From the sequence record NC_021531.1: a DNA stretch of 64,000 bases. One strand, written 5' to 3'. How positions within the stretch are numbered: the first letter of the stretch is position 1; the number at the start of each line of letters is the position of its first letter. The notes below the pieces were generated by a model. The model searched no databases, was not told the origin of the DNA, and worked only from the letters and a program-made list of their open reading frames with translations. Positions 36,895 through 45,440 of the stretch are shown piece by piece. A program made the translations under genes and the position numbers.

Positions 36895-37908
36895 ATGAAA
36901 CAGTATCAAGATTTAATGGCTGAAGTCTTTGCGAAAGGTACGCCGAAGAAAGACCGTACCGGTACAGGCACGCTTTCTATCTTCGGCCACCAGATGCGTT
37001 TCAACTTGCAAGAAGGTTTCCCGCTGGTAACGACCAAGCGTTGCCACCTGCGCTCTATTATCCATGAACTGCTGTGGTTCCTGAAAGGCGACACCAATAT
37101 CCAGTACCTGAAAGATAATGGTGTAACCATTTGGGACGAATGGGCGGACAAAAATGGCGACCTCGGTCCGGTATACGGTAAGCAGTGGCGGGCATGGACT
37201 GCGCATGATGAGGTCCATACTGGCAATAAGAAAATTATTGCTGAGATGGAAGAAGATGGGTGGGAAGAAGCGGGTTATCGCGAAGCTTCGATGCTGCTGA
37301 CTAAAGATATCGACCAGATTGCCAAAGTCATGGGCCAGTTGAAAAACGACCCGGATAATCGGCGTATCATCGTTAGTGCATGGAACGTAGCTGACCTTGA
37401 CGATATGGCCTTAGCTCCTTGCCACGCCTTCTTCCAGTTTTATACTCGTGAAATGTCCTTGGATGAGCGTGTACAGTGGGCGGAAGAAAACGACAACGAG
37501 CTGTGGTCTGATTACATCCACGCCACGTTTGTGGATGAAAACACCCGTCTCGGGTGGCTGGATAAAGCCGGGGTTCCTACGCGTAAGTTGTCTTGTCAGC
37601 TCTATCAGCGTAGTGCCGACGTGTTCTTGGGTGTGCCGTTTAACATCGCGTCGTATGCTCTACTGATTCACATGTTTGCACAGCAGGCGAATATGGCGGT
37701 GGGCGATTTCGTCTGGACCGGCGGTGATGTGCATCTGTATTCTAACCATCTGGAACAGGCACGTACTCAGTTAGGTCGTACTCCGCGTGCGTTGCCTAAG
37801 CTGATTATCAAACGTAAGCCGGACTCTATCTTCGACTATAAGTTCGAAGATTTTGATATCGAAGGCTACGACCCACACCCGGCTATTAAAGCACCGGTGG
37901 CGATATGA
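36895..37908 (+). CDS. thyA: thymidylate synthase with two insertions
   Basis: [60 protein letters not shown]-terminus. Confidence 0.97.
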   Translation: MKQYQDLMAEVFAKGTPKKDRTGTGTLSIFGHQMRFNLQEGFPLVTTKRCHLRSIIHELLWFLKGDTNIQYLKDNGVTIWDEWADKNGDLGPVYGKQWRAWTAHDEVHTGNKKIIAEMEEDGWEEAGYREASMLLTKDIDQIAKVMGQLKNDPDNRRIIVSAWNVADLDDMALAPCHAFFQFYTREMSLDERVQWAEENDNELWSDYIHATFVDENTRLGWLDKAGVPTRKLSCQLYQRSADVFLGVPFNIASYALLIHMFAQQANMAVGDFVWTGGDVHLYSNHLEQARTQLGRTPRALPKLIIKRKPDSIFDYKFEDFDIEGYDPHPAIKAPVAI

Positions 37909-38171
37909 GTAATAAATCTCGCTATCAAGAGCCTAGGCTCGGTATCACCATTCGACTAGCTAAAAAGGACGTTATGGCTAAAGGTGACCATTTCTCTCAG
38001 GAGCAGTGGGAGGCGCTTAAAAAGCTACGGCCAGATATCACCGCGTCGTCACTCGTGCAGTTGGCCTTAGCTGAGTACGCTAAGATTCTTCCCGATATCC
38101 TTATTCAGGAGCAGGAGAAGGAGCTGGAAAGACTGCGTGAACTCAAAAACTATCTCTACACGACGGATTGA
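37905..38171 (+). CDS. small protein, possible ribbon-helix-helix DNA binder
   Basis: ITIRL strand, then EQWEALKKL and [12 protein letters not shown] helices, then coiled coil. Confidence 0.6.
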   Translation: MSNKSRYQEPRLGITIRLAKKDVMAKGDHFSQEQWEALKKLRPDITASSLVQLALAEYAKILPDILIQEQEKELERLRELKNYLYTTD

Positions 38172-38173
38172 TT

Positions 38174-38353
38174 ATGGCCAGTGATAGACCGGCGCAGGAA
38201 ATCGTAAGCGATATTCTTGCCGACTATAATGAGCGCGGATTACAGCAAATCACTTTACACAGCACGGGCGAGTTTATTCACGTCTCTGCTGTGGATGTGA
38301 AACGTAAACGCGTAGTTAATACTTACGCCCGTACGGAGCCTAAACGCCGATGA
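38174..38353 (+). CDS. small hypothetical protein
   Basis: Tightly packed ORF; ATGA overlap downstream. Confidence 0.6.
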   Translation: MASDRPAQEIVSDILADYNERGLQQITLHSTGEFIHVSAVDVKRKRVVNTYARTEPKRR

Positions 38354-39081
38354 GCAGAATCCCGCAGTATGACGATAAGAACCGACTTTATTACCCAATC
38401 ACTCTTATCGACACAGAAGGCCGTTTTACGATTAACGGTATTAGTTATGCGGTGGACGTAGACAACATTGAAAACTTCAGTGTGTTTAAACGTCCCAATG
38501 TTTATGTTGAGTTAGAACATCCGGCGCGTTTACCGACGATGTCTGACGAAGACTATCGTCGTCGAAATGCCAGCATCGAAACTCAAAACGTGGTGGGCAC
38601 GGTCGACGTAACTATCCTGCGTCCGAGTCGCAGTCGTGTTGTTGTAACAGGTAACTTCTACCCGGGCAACCTCAAACCTGAAATCCGCGAAGCCTTTGAA
38701 CGCGGGGACCTTTCGTTAGGTGTTCGTGCCCGTGTCACGACAGACCGGTTGGTGGACATCATCACGTGGGATTTGGTGTTCCTGCCTGAACGTGAACTGC
38801 GCCATGTGGAATGCGAGCGACCGCCGTTAAATACGACGCTGTTCGTTTCTTCCAATCGGGGCTATACGTGGTTCCCGGCAATGTTTCTCTGGATAGGCGA
38901 GAAAACGTTTGTCTGGCGCAACATGGTAGGTGGTGCGCAGGCTGATAACGAAATCACCAACAACAACCGCTTCACGTACTTCATGTGGTCACCTGTACCT
39001 GAGGGTGTTGAATTAAAAACGTATAGCGGCAATGATGTGCCCGATTTCCTACGCAAAAGGAGTGATGCGAATGCTAATTAA
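38350..39081 (+). CDS. hypothetical protein
   Basis: 243 aa; GGAG SD. Confidence 0.7.
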   Translation: MSRIPQYDDKNRLYYPITLIDTEGRFTINGISYAVDVDNIENFSVFKRPNVYVELEHPARLPTMSDEDYRRRNASIETQNVVGTVDVTILRPSRSRVVVTGNFYPGNLKPEIREAFERGDLSLGVRARVTTDRLVDIITWDLVFLPERELRHVECERPPLNTTLFVSSNRGYTWFPAMFLWIGEKTFVWRNMVGGAQADNEITNNNRFTYFMWSPVPEGVELKTYSGNDVPDFLRKRSDANAN

Positions 39082-39559
39082 AGAATTGGATGACCGCATT
39101 AACTTTATCGATAAGAACGATAACTTTGTGGGCATCGAGCATGCTAAGCAGCATCACGGCCTGTGCGCGTTTGATTGGTGGATTACTGACGATGAACGTG
39201 AAATCGGTACGTTGAAGCCACGTCAAGACCGCTTCATGCTTCGCGACGGTAGCATGGTAGATGTGAATGAACTGGTGTTTGATACTCGCTCAGACATCTT
39301 TCAAGGTAAACTGGTGTTGAAAGGCGTCAGTAATAAGCACCCAATGATGGGTGACCGTGAAGAGCTTGAAACTAAGCACTATATCGTCGCCGTCAAAGTT
39401 CGTGACCAGTACGATATTGAGCATTGGCTGGTTATGACCAATAACCATAACGGCTGGTACAGCCTAGGCTGGAAATCAAATCTGATTCCCGGCGAGGTTG
39501 ATATTAACGACAGCAACTTCTATCAGGAAGATTGCGACGGTAATACTCTGGGGATTTAA
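39071..39559 (+). CDS. hypothetical protein
   Basis: AGGAG SD before ATG 39071. Confidence 0.7.
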   Translation: MLIKELDDRINFIDKNDNFVGIEHAKQHHGLCAFDWWITDDEREIGTLKPRQDRFMLRDGSMVDVNELVFDTRSDIFQGKLVLKGVSNKHPMMGDREELETKHYIVAVKVRDQYDIEHWLVMTNNHNGWYSLGWKSNLIPGEVDINDSNFYQEDCDGNTLGI

Positions 39560-40090
39560 ATGTCAGATAAAATCGTACCCTTCACACCGCGCCCGTCTAA
39601 CGGACCTTCACTGGATGTGAACCCAGTTGATGTGTCCGAGGTTGCTCAGTTCAGAGATTATGACACTGGCCGTATTGAAGTACCGCAGGCTGATGGCTCA
39701 ACCCGTTCGGTTATCTTCAACATGGATTTAGTTGACTGGTGGCTGGCATTGTCTGAGCGGTTTGTTAAAACGATGCCAGAAGGTCCGTATGGCCGCGCTT
39801 TCATCGGACTGAACAAACTCGAACACGCGGTTACGGATGTTTTCACGAACCGCAAGCGTCATCTTGAAATGGAGATTACGCGCCAGCAGTTCGAACAGTT
39901 TGTTCAGGCGGTTCCATGTCAACTGATGGAGACCACCCATCGTACCTGTCAGTTGAGCGTAGCGGAGTTCGTTATTGAACACGTTGAAGATAACATCTTC
40001 GCTAAGCAAATTCCGGCTGACCTTGAGTCAGCTATTTTCCTCTATCAAGTGGACGGCGAACGCTTCCGTCTCCACTACGTCGAACAGTAA
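39560..40090 (+). CDS. hypothetical protein
   Basis: Abuts the upstream stop; 176 aa. Confidence 0.7.
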   Translation: MSDKIVPFTPRPSNGPSLDVNPVDVSEVAQFRDYDTGRIEVPQADGSTRSVIFNMDLVDWWLALSERFVKTMPEGPYGRAFIGLNKLEHAVTDVFTNRKRHLEMEITRQQFEQFVQAVPCQLMETTHRTCQLSVAEFVIEHVEDNIFAKQIPADLESAIFLYQVDGERFRLHYVEQ

Positions 40091-40099
40091 GGGTAAGTA

Positions 40100-40336
40100 A
40101 TGAAAGAACGTAACGGTGTTGTAGATAACTCGCACATCTCCCTCGGTCGCGCTACCTCTTTAACAGGTGACCCGGTCGATGTCGCTCGCGGTCAGACCAC
40201 ACAGTTCCAGCATGCGGATGACTCGGCCTTCGATTTGGACGCTATCCCCGGCCTGGACCCTGAGGCAGGCGTCGAGGGCGGTGTCGACCCGTCCAAGGAA
40301 GACGATAACTGTACGGGAGGCGCATGCAAGATTTAA
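40100..40336 (+). CDS. small acidic disordered protein ending in an NrdA-like redox tail (CxxxxC-KI)
   Basis: AAGGG SD; C-terminus EDDNCTGGACKI versus E. coli NrdA QDDGCESGACKI. Confidence 0.75.
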   Translation: MKERNGVVDNSHISLGRATSLTGDPVDVARGQTTQFQHADDSAFDLDAIPGLDPEAGVEGGVDPSKEDDNCTGGACKI

Positions 40337-40809
40337 AGCCCGACAACACGGTCGCGCAACAAACCGCCGAGTTAATGGAAGAACACGCCCGAATTAACGA
40401 ACGTTACTCTCCTGACGACGGGGTGAGTTGGTTCGGAACACGTCGCCAGTTGGTAACCAAATACTACGCGGAATCGTTGCCATCGATTTGCTGGCAAGAA
40501 GTCAGTGAAAAGATTCGTACCCAGCGCGTGATTGTTTGCGCTGCGCTCCGTTACCCGGATTTGGATTTGGTGATTCCGGGTGCCCGTCACTATAGCCCAG
40601 ACATTGGTCGTTTACTCGACCGTCTGGAGAAGTTCGGTGTAATGCCCAAAAAGAAACAGCAAGTCGTTGGCGACAACCAAGGCTTCATTGACAACTTCGG
40701 TAATTACTGGACGCGTGAAGAAGCCCTGATAATTGCTAAAGCCGCCAGTCAGGTTAACCCTGATAAGTGCGGGCGTGAAAACGAGCTGTATTCTGAAGAC
40801 CTGTATTAA
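40324..40809 (+). CDS. conserved phage protein of unknown function
   Basis: IVCAALR, GARH, QGFIDNFGNYWTREEA, LYSEDLY pattern typical of a widespread phage family. Confidence 0.75.
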   Translation: MQDLKPDNTVAQQTAELMEEHARINERYSPDDGVSWFGTRRQLVTKYYAESLPSICWQEVSEKIRTQRVIVCAALRYPDLDLVIPGARHYSPDIGRLLDRLEKFGVMPKKKQQVVGDNQGFIDNFGNYWTREEALIIAKAASQVNPDKCGRENELYSEDLY

Positions 40810-40858
40810 TCCCCGAGCCCTAGCATCTCGTTAGGGCTACTCAAAAGAGAAAACTAAT

Positions 40859-41314
40859 ATGTCTACGACTCCAGATTTTGATTTGGTAGTGCAAGAGCTT
40901 AGTAAGAACATGTATCCCCTTGACGGTGTCGTTGCTAAAGCAACGCCGTTTCCGCGCGATTATCTACTCTCGGAGTTTAGAACCATTAAACTAGGGGCGG
41001 GGCGTGAGCAGGGTATTGGGGCATGGGCGGTTAAGAAGTTTATTGACCATCCGGGTAAAACTTTAATGTTGTGCGCTAATCAGGGTGTTTCTACCGACTT
41101 CATCGAAGAAATAAAATTCGCTGATGGCGAAGACGCCCTTAAACGTGGGATGGTATTACACAACGATTACCCCGACCATGTGCGATTCCACAAATTCGAT
41201 CAAGTTATCATTATCTCTGCCGGTTATTATTTTAATCGCTATAAGCACAGCAAAATCTATAAACTTCTTGCTGAATGCGTAACCGATGATGTAATTATTT
41301 ACCACCTTAATTAA
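40859..41314 (+). CDS. hypothetical protein, degenerate P-loop/helicase-like fragment
   Basis: RTIKLGAGREQG resembles an RQxGKT loop; FDQVIII resembles a Walker-B strand. Confidence 0.55.
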   Translation: MSTTPDFDLVVQELSKNMYPLDGVVAKATPFPRDYLLSEFRTIKLGAGREQGIGAWAVKKFIDHPGKTLMLCANQGVSTDFIEEIKFADGEDALKRGMVLHNDYPDHVRFHKFDQVIIISAGYYFNRYKHSKIYKLLAECVTDDVIIYHLN

Positions 41315-41327
41315 TGGAAATAACGAA

Positions 41328-42209
41328 ATGACCCGTCAAACTTTTCAAGTACCTGTAGCGTATACCATCATCAAACCGACTGATGGTGTGTTGGGTGACC
41401 TTATCCCCTCCATCAACAAATGGTCTGCGCAACAGGCTGCGCATCTTTCCGGCCCGGGCGTTAAGCTGGAAGCCCTGAAAGAGATCGCCATCAACAACGA
41501 AACCAAGCAGTGGCGTATCTCCGGCCGCGAAGCCATTAATGGCGACGTGTGGTTCTGGATGACTCCAACTGCACTGGTGTTTGAACATGAAGTGGTCGGT
41601 AAGACTACTTACCCGCGCGATGTTCCGCTGTTCAGCGTCGCTGAGTGTGTGGAAAATGTTGTAGGTTGGTCTACCGCTCGCGGTATTCTGGAAAACGGTC
41701 GTTGGGCTACGCAGGTCACTAAGTTCTACGAAGAAGACGGCGAAGCGGCAACGGGTATCAGCAAAACCCAACGTCAGGCTATCATGGACGGTTTAGGCGA
41801 TGCGCTGGTTGTACTGGTTAACATTACAGCGCTCATTGACTGGACGCCGAAGGTTATCGCAGTTATGCTGGATCGTGCCCGCGACCGTATTGAAAACAAT
41901 GTGCCTTTCGGTGACTCTCACCGCCTGTTCCACAAAATGCGTTTGAACTTCACGTTGATGAATGACGTTATCTATAACGCGTGCGATATGTATCCACTGA
42001 AAGATAACGGCAGACCTTTACTCGGTAACGATGAAGGTATCGAATTCGAAGAACTGATGTTGAAATCTCTCTGGTACATGGAAGCATTGGCCCGTGCGTA
42101 TGAAGTGACGCTGGAACAATGTTTCTCGCTGGCGTGGGACGAAATCAAAGACCGTAAAGGTTATTTGAACGCAGACGGTATCTTCATCAAAGAAGCTGAC
42201 GCGAAATAA
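41328..42209 (+). CDS. MazG-like nucleotide pyrophosphohydrolase with N-terminal extension and internal insert
   Basis: W..ARGI...Q..KFYEEDGE...DGLGDALVVL and C-terminal LEQCF..AWDEIKDRKG...GIFIKE. Confidence 0.8.
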   Translation: MTRQTFQVPVAYTIIKPTDGVLGDLIPSINKWSAQQAAHLSGPGVKLEALKEIAINNETKQWRISGREAINGDVWFWMTPTALVFEHEVVGKTTYPRDVPLFSVAECVENVVGWSTARGILENGRWATQVTKFYEEDGEAATGISKTQRQAIMDGLGDALVVLVNITALIDWTPKVIAVMLDRARDRIENNVPFGDSHRLFHKMRLNFTLMNDVIYNACDMYPLKDNGRPLLGNDEGIEFEELMLKSLWYMEALARAYEVTLEQCFSLAWDEIKDRKGYLNADGIFIKEADAK

Positions 42210-42219
42210 CAAAAACAAC

Positions 42220-42256
42220 TGGGTGATGCTTTATGCGTCACCCCTTTTATTTTTTT
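42220..42256 (+). terminator. intrinsic terminator
   Basis: gggtgatgc-ttta-tgcgtcaccc plus T tract. Confidence 0.8.
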
Positions 42257-42268
42257 GAGGATTCAACG

Positions 42269-43714
42269 ATGAATATCATCATGGAGTGGTATAACCTCCT
42301 GACCGATTCTCTGAAAGCTTACCCTTCCCTACAGGCAGCGTTCTTAACAGTCATGTCAGGCGGCGTAATGGCTGCAGTAGGTTTCGCTTTAGTGCGATTA
42401 CCTCGCAGTGTCGCCACGTTCTTTCGCAATCAGTGCCTCACATCTCTCGTTTTCAATACAGCATCGTCCGGCTGGTCTGAATACAACCAGATGCAGTACG
42501 TCGCTTTTATTAAGTGGTTCTCAAAGAATCGCTGGTTCGGTTGGTCGCGCACTATCACTTTCGACTCAGACGGGCGAAAGGATGGTGACGGCGTAGGCCC
42601 CGGCTTAGGTCGCCATTTCTTTTTTCATAACTGGCGATTGTTTATCTTCTCCATCAGTGAGATGGACTCGCAAGGCACCAGCAGCCAAAAATATAAAGTC
42701 AGCCTGTCTTGTGTAGGTCGTTCAAAGAAACCGATTTATGCGGTGATGGAAGAGTTCATGGTTAAGCCTGACCGTGAGAATCGCATCGGGGTTTATCGTA
42801 ACGGCACCGACGGTTGGAACTGGGTCACCTATGCGAACAAACGCTCTTTACGTTCGGTGATTATGTCGCCCGAGCTCGAAGAAGAACTGGTAGGCTCAAT
42901 GACAAACTTCGTGAATAACGAAGCGTGGTATCGTGAGCGGGGTCTGAACTATAAGCTGACCTACCTACTCTACGGACCTCCGGGTACGGGTAAGAGCTCG
43001 CTGGGGCGTGCGTTAGCATCACACTTTAACCGTGACCTTTATATCCTGAGTCTGTCGGAGTCTTCAGACCTACTGACCCTATTGCAAAACGCAAAAGGCG
43101 GCATGGTTCTCATTGAAGATATCGACGGGTTCAGCGCAGCACGCAAACGTACCGGTAAGAAGAACCAAATCGAATCGCCGAAGTCGGGTAAGAAAACCGT
43201 TGAACAGATTCACTTCGACGGTAATGGCGAACAGATTGCGCCGGCTAACCCGAGCAAGAACCTCGAAGACATTATGGCAGAATGGGGCGGGATGAATACC
43301 TCAGCACTGCTCAATGCTTTAGATGGGGTTGTTGGGCTGGACGATGTCATTATTCTGCTGTCCACGAACCATCCGGAGAAACTCGACCCGGCGCTGATTC
43401 GTGATGGGCGTGTGGATATCCGTGTAGAGGTCGGTCTGCTGCGTTCTGCCGAAATCCACCGCTACATTAATCTGTTCTTCCCGGACTTTGTTGTGCCGGA
43501 AGAGATGGTGTTCGCAGACATGCCGGGTTGTACCGTGCAGCGTCACTTCATGGAAAACAAAAACAACCCTGAAGGGTTTGTGCAGGCGTTATTGGATGCC
43601 TCAGACGGCGGTAACTTTACCACCAGTCCGATTCGTCCAGAGCTTGCTTTCAGTGAAGCGAACAACCGTTATTTGGTTGACCCGGATGCGCCTAAGGAGG
43701 TTGTCAATGCTTAA
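42269..43714 (+). CDS. BCS1-like membrane-anchored AAA+ ATPase
   Basis: N-terminal TM (AAFLTVMSGGVMAAVGFALV), BCS1-type middle domain, YLLYGPPGTGKSS, LIEDID, LLNALDGV, STNHPEKLDPALIRDGRVD. Confidence 0.88.
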   Translation: MNIIMEWYNLLTDSLKAYPSLQAAFLTVMSGGVMAAVGFALVRLPRSVATFFRNQCLTSLVFNTASSGWSEYNQMQYVAFIKWFSKNRWFGWSRTITFDSDGRKDGDGVGPGLGRHFFFHNWRLFIFSISEMDSQGTSSQKYKVSLSCVGRSKKPIYAVMEEFMVKPDRENRIGVYRNGTDGWNWVTYANKRSLRSVIMSPELEEELVGSMTNFVNNEAWYRERGLNYKLTYLLYGPPGTGKSSLGRALASHFNRDLYILSLSESSDLLTLLQNAKGGMVLIEDIDGFSAARKRTGKKNQIESPKSGKKTVEQIHFDGNGEQIAPANPSKNLEDIMAEWGGMNTSALLNALDGVVGLDDVIILLSTNHPEKLDPALIRDGRVDIRVEVGLLRSAEIHRYINLFFPDFVVPEEMVFADMPGCTVQRHFMENKNNPEGFVQALLDASDGGNFTTSPIRPELAFSEANNRYLVDPDAPKEVVNA

Positions 43715-43931
43715 GTATTTAAGCTGGGCGCTGGTTGAACTGGCGATGTTTATTCTGGTGGGGTTGGGTATGGTGTTGTCTATCCTCCCCGCCCTGTGTT
43801 TCATGATAGGCTTTGCCGGTCAAGAACGTGCCGAGTTCGAACGTGTCAAGTTGCGCTCTGAACTGGGCATCCGTTGGCGTGAACGTAACCGTGCTGCAAA
43901 CCAAAGGGCGTGTGGAAAACGCCCTAATTAA
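43707..43931 (+). CDS. small membrane protein
   Basis: AAGGAGG SD; long hydrophobic N-terminus, basic tail. Confidence 0.7.
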   Translation: MLKYLSWALVELAMFILVGLGMVLSILPALCFMIGFAGQERAEFERVKLRSELGIRWRERNRAANQRACGKRPN

Positions 43932-43979
43932 GCACTCTTTATGAGACCACACCCGTGGTGCCACTTAGAGGAAACTCCC

Positions 43980-44468
43980 ATGGAGAATATCGACTTGACT
44001 CAACTCGAGTCACATGACTACGACCTTGCGGTTCGAGATGAGGCTGGTGCTGATGCGAACACGCTGCTGTCTCGCTACCATGAGTTGTTCACTGGTGAGA
44101 AGGTCGACGACGAACTGTTGTCTAAATTCGAGAAGCTGCTCGTTGCGCTGCTGCGTAGCGACACTGAAAACTCGGCTATGCTCACCGAATTAGGCTTTGG
44201 CGGTATTTATGCCTCTGACCTTCAGGCTATCCTGCAACAGGCCATCGTCCCGCCCGACGACATTCAGGATGAAGCCATGGTTCTGCGTGGTAAGTTCGAA
44301 GAGCTTGCTGAGCGTTACGCTGAACATTTATCAGGGCTGGAAACGCATGGGCCTATCGGTGAACCGCTGCCGAGCCCGGAAGAAACTAACAAATACAAAA
44401 TGCGTCTCGCGGTGTTTGTTGTTGCTTCGTTGCTGACCGCCATCCCTGAAGACCCGGACGATGCGTAA
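43980..44468 (+). CDS. acidic hypothetical protein
   Basis: GAGG SD before ATG 43980. Confidence 0.7.
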   Translation: MENIDLTQLESHDYDLAVRDEAGADANTLLSRYHELFTGEKVDDELLSKFEKLLVALLRSDTENSAMLTELGFGGIYASDLQAILQQAIVPPDDIQDEAMVLRGKFEELAERYAEHLSGLETHGPIGEPLPSPEETNKYKMRLAVFVVASLLTAIPEDPDDA

Positions 44469-44476
44469 AGTTTTTA

Positions 44477-44500
44477 CAGATAGATATTATCTGTATGCAC
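44477..44500 (+). promoter_or_regulatory. variant early-type promoter
   Basis: cagatagatattatctgtatgcac resembles cagatatatattacttttgtgaa. Confidence 0.45.
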
Positions 44501-44535
44501 TAAGCACATTAACCTTTTAAATGGAGTCGTTGAAA

Positions 44536-44871
44536 ATGCAAGAACTGATTAAGATTGTTGGCCTGCTCCCGTTCGTCAATGGTAAATCTGAACTGCGTGT
44601 TCTGGATGTCAAAGGTAAAGATTTCACCATCATGGCCGATGTAACTGCCGAAGGTAACCCGATGGGCATTCGTGAATTCACTATCGAATCCCCGACGCTC
44701 AAAGAGCTGCGTATCGGCAAAGGCGAAACCGCCTATCTGGTTAAGACCGATTCGAGCGAAGAAGGTGTTGGCCCGTACGCAGTTGAGTACACTGCGCCGG
44801 CTAAAAAGGTTGCATCTGAATCTGTTGGTACCGGTCGCGGCGCGACGCCGAACTTCAGCATTCAGCGTTAA
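44536..44871 (+). CDS. hypothetical protein
   Basis: GGAG SD; biased codons. Confidence 0.75.
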   Translation: MQELIKIVGLLPFVNGKSELRVLDVKGKDFTIMADVTAEGNPMGIREFTIESPTLKELRIGKGETAYLVKTDSSEEGVGPYAVEYTAPAKKVASESVGTGRGATPNFSIQR

Positions 44872-44879
44872 GCAGTAAA

Positions 44880-44919
44880 TAGGTAGTCCTTCGGGACTAC
44901 CTAGCACCTATTATTTTTT
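44880..44919 (+). terminator. intrinsic terminator, UUCG loop
   Basis: taggtagtcc-ttcg-ggactaccta plus T-rich tract. Confidence 0.85.
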
Positions 44920-44934
44920 CGTGGAGTATTCAGA

Positions 44935-45438
44935 ATGACAACTGTTTTCGTTTGCAGTGACTTTATTGTCGCAGACCGTGTATTGACGCGAGGCGACGAA
45001 ACGATACACGCTGATTTTAAGAAGCTACATCTCAATCGTGAGAAAACGATTGCTATCGCGGCAGTGGGTAACGTGAACTTTCGTAATCACCACAAAACTG
45101 TGGTTGACCATTTCTTCAAGGTGGTGGAGCAACGCTACACGGGGATTCCATCGCCCATGTTGTCTAAGAACGATGTGGCGGTGTTGGGCGACCTCCAGTT
45201 ATACGTTCTCACTGCACTGGATGTGTTTGTGATTACCCGTGACCAGAACGTCCAATGGGTTGGGGACGGCATGGTGGAAGGAGCAGGTACTGGATACCCG
45301 CTGGCTTGTGCAGCGTACTCACTCGGTGCTAAACCTGAGCATATCGTGCCACTGACTGCGAAGATTGACCCAATGTCGTCCAGTAAGTTCAACATCATCT
45401 ATCGCCGCGAACTCAAACGCATTACCCCGAGGAAATAA
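44935..45438 (+). CDS. hslV: HslV/proteasome-beta-like Ntn-hydrolase peptidase
   Basis: M-T-T N-terminus (Thr1 nucleophile), IVADR, conserved Lys (FKKL), AAVGN, GAGTG..LA.AA, A.IDPMSS. Confidence 0.7.
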   Translation: MTTVFVCSDFIVADRVLTRGDETIHADFKKLHLNREKTIAIAAVGNVNFRNHHKTVVDHFFKVVEQRYTGIPSPMLSKNDVAVLGDLQLYVLTALDVFVITRDQNVQWVGDGMVEGAGTGYPLACAAYSLGAKPEHIVPLTAKIDPMSSSKFNIIYRRELKRITPRK

Positions 45439-45440
45439 CC

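Noticed and set aside
37198-37584. ThyA insertions as inteins or group I intron remnants
   Set aside because: Both are short and in frame, with no Cys/Ser start, His-Asn end, homing-endonuclease motif or frame interruption.
36895-37908. ThyA homologue as a dCMP hydroxymethylase or other base-modification enzyme
   Set aside because: Retains the dUMP-specifying Asn in PFNIASY and is otherwise E. coli ThyA-like.
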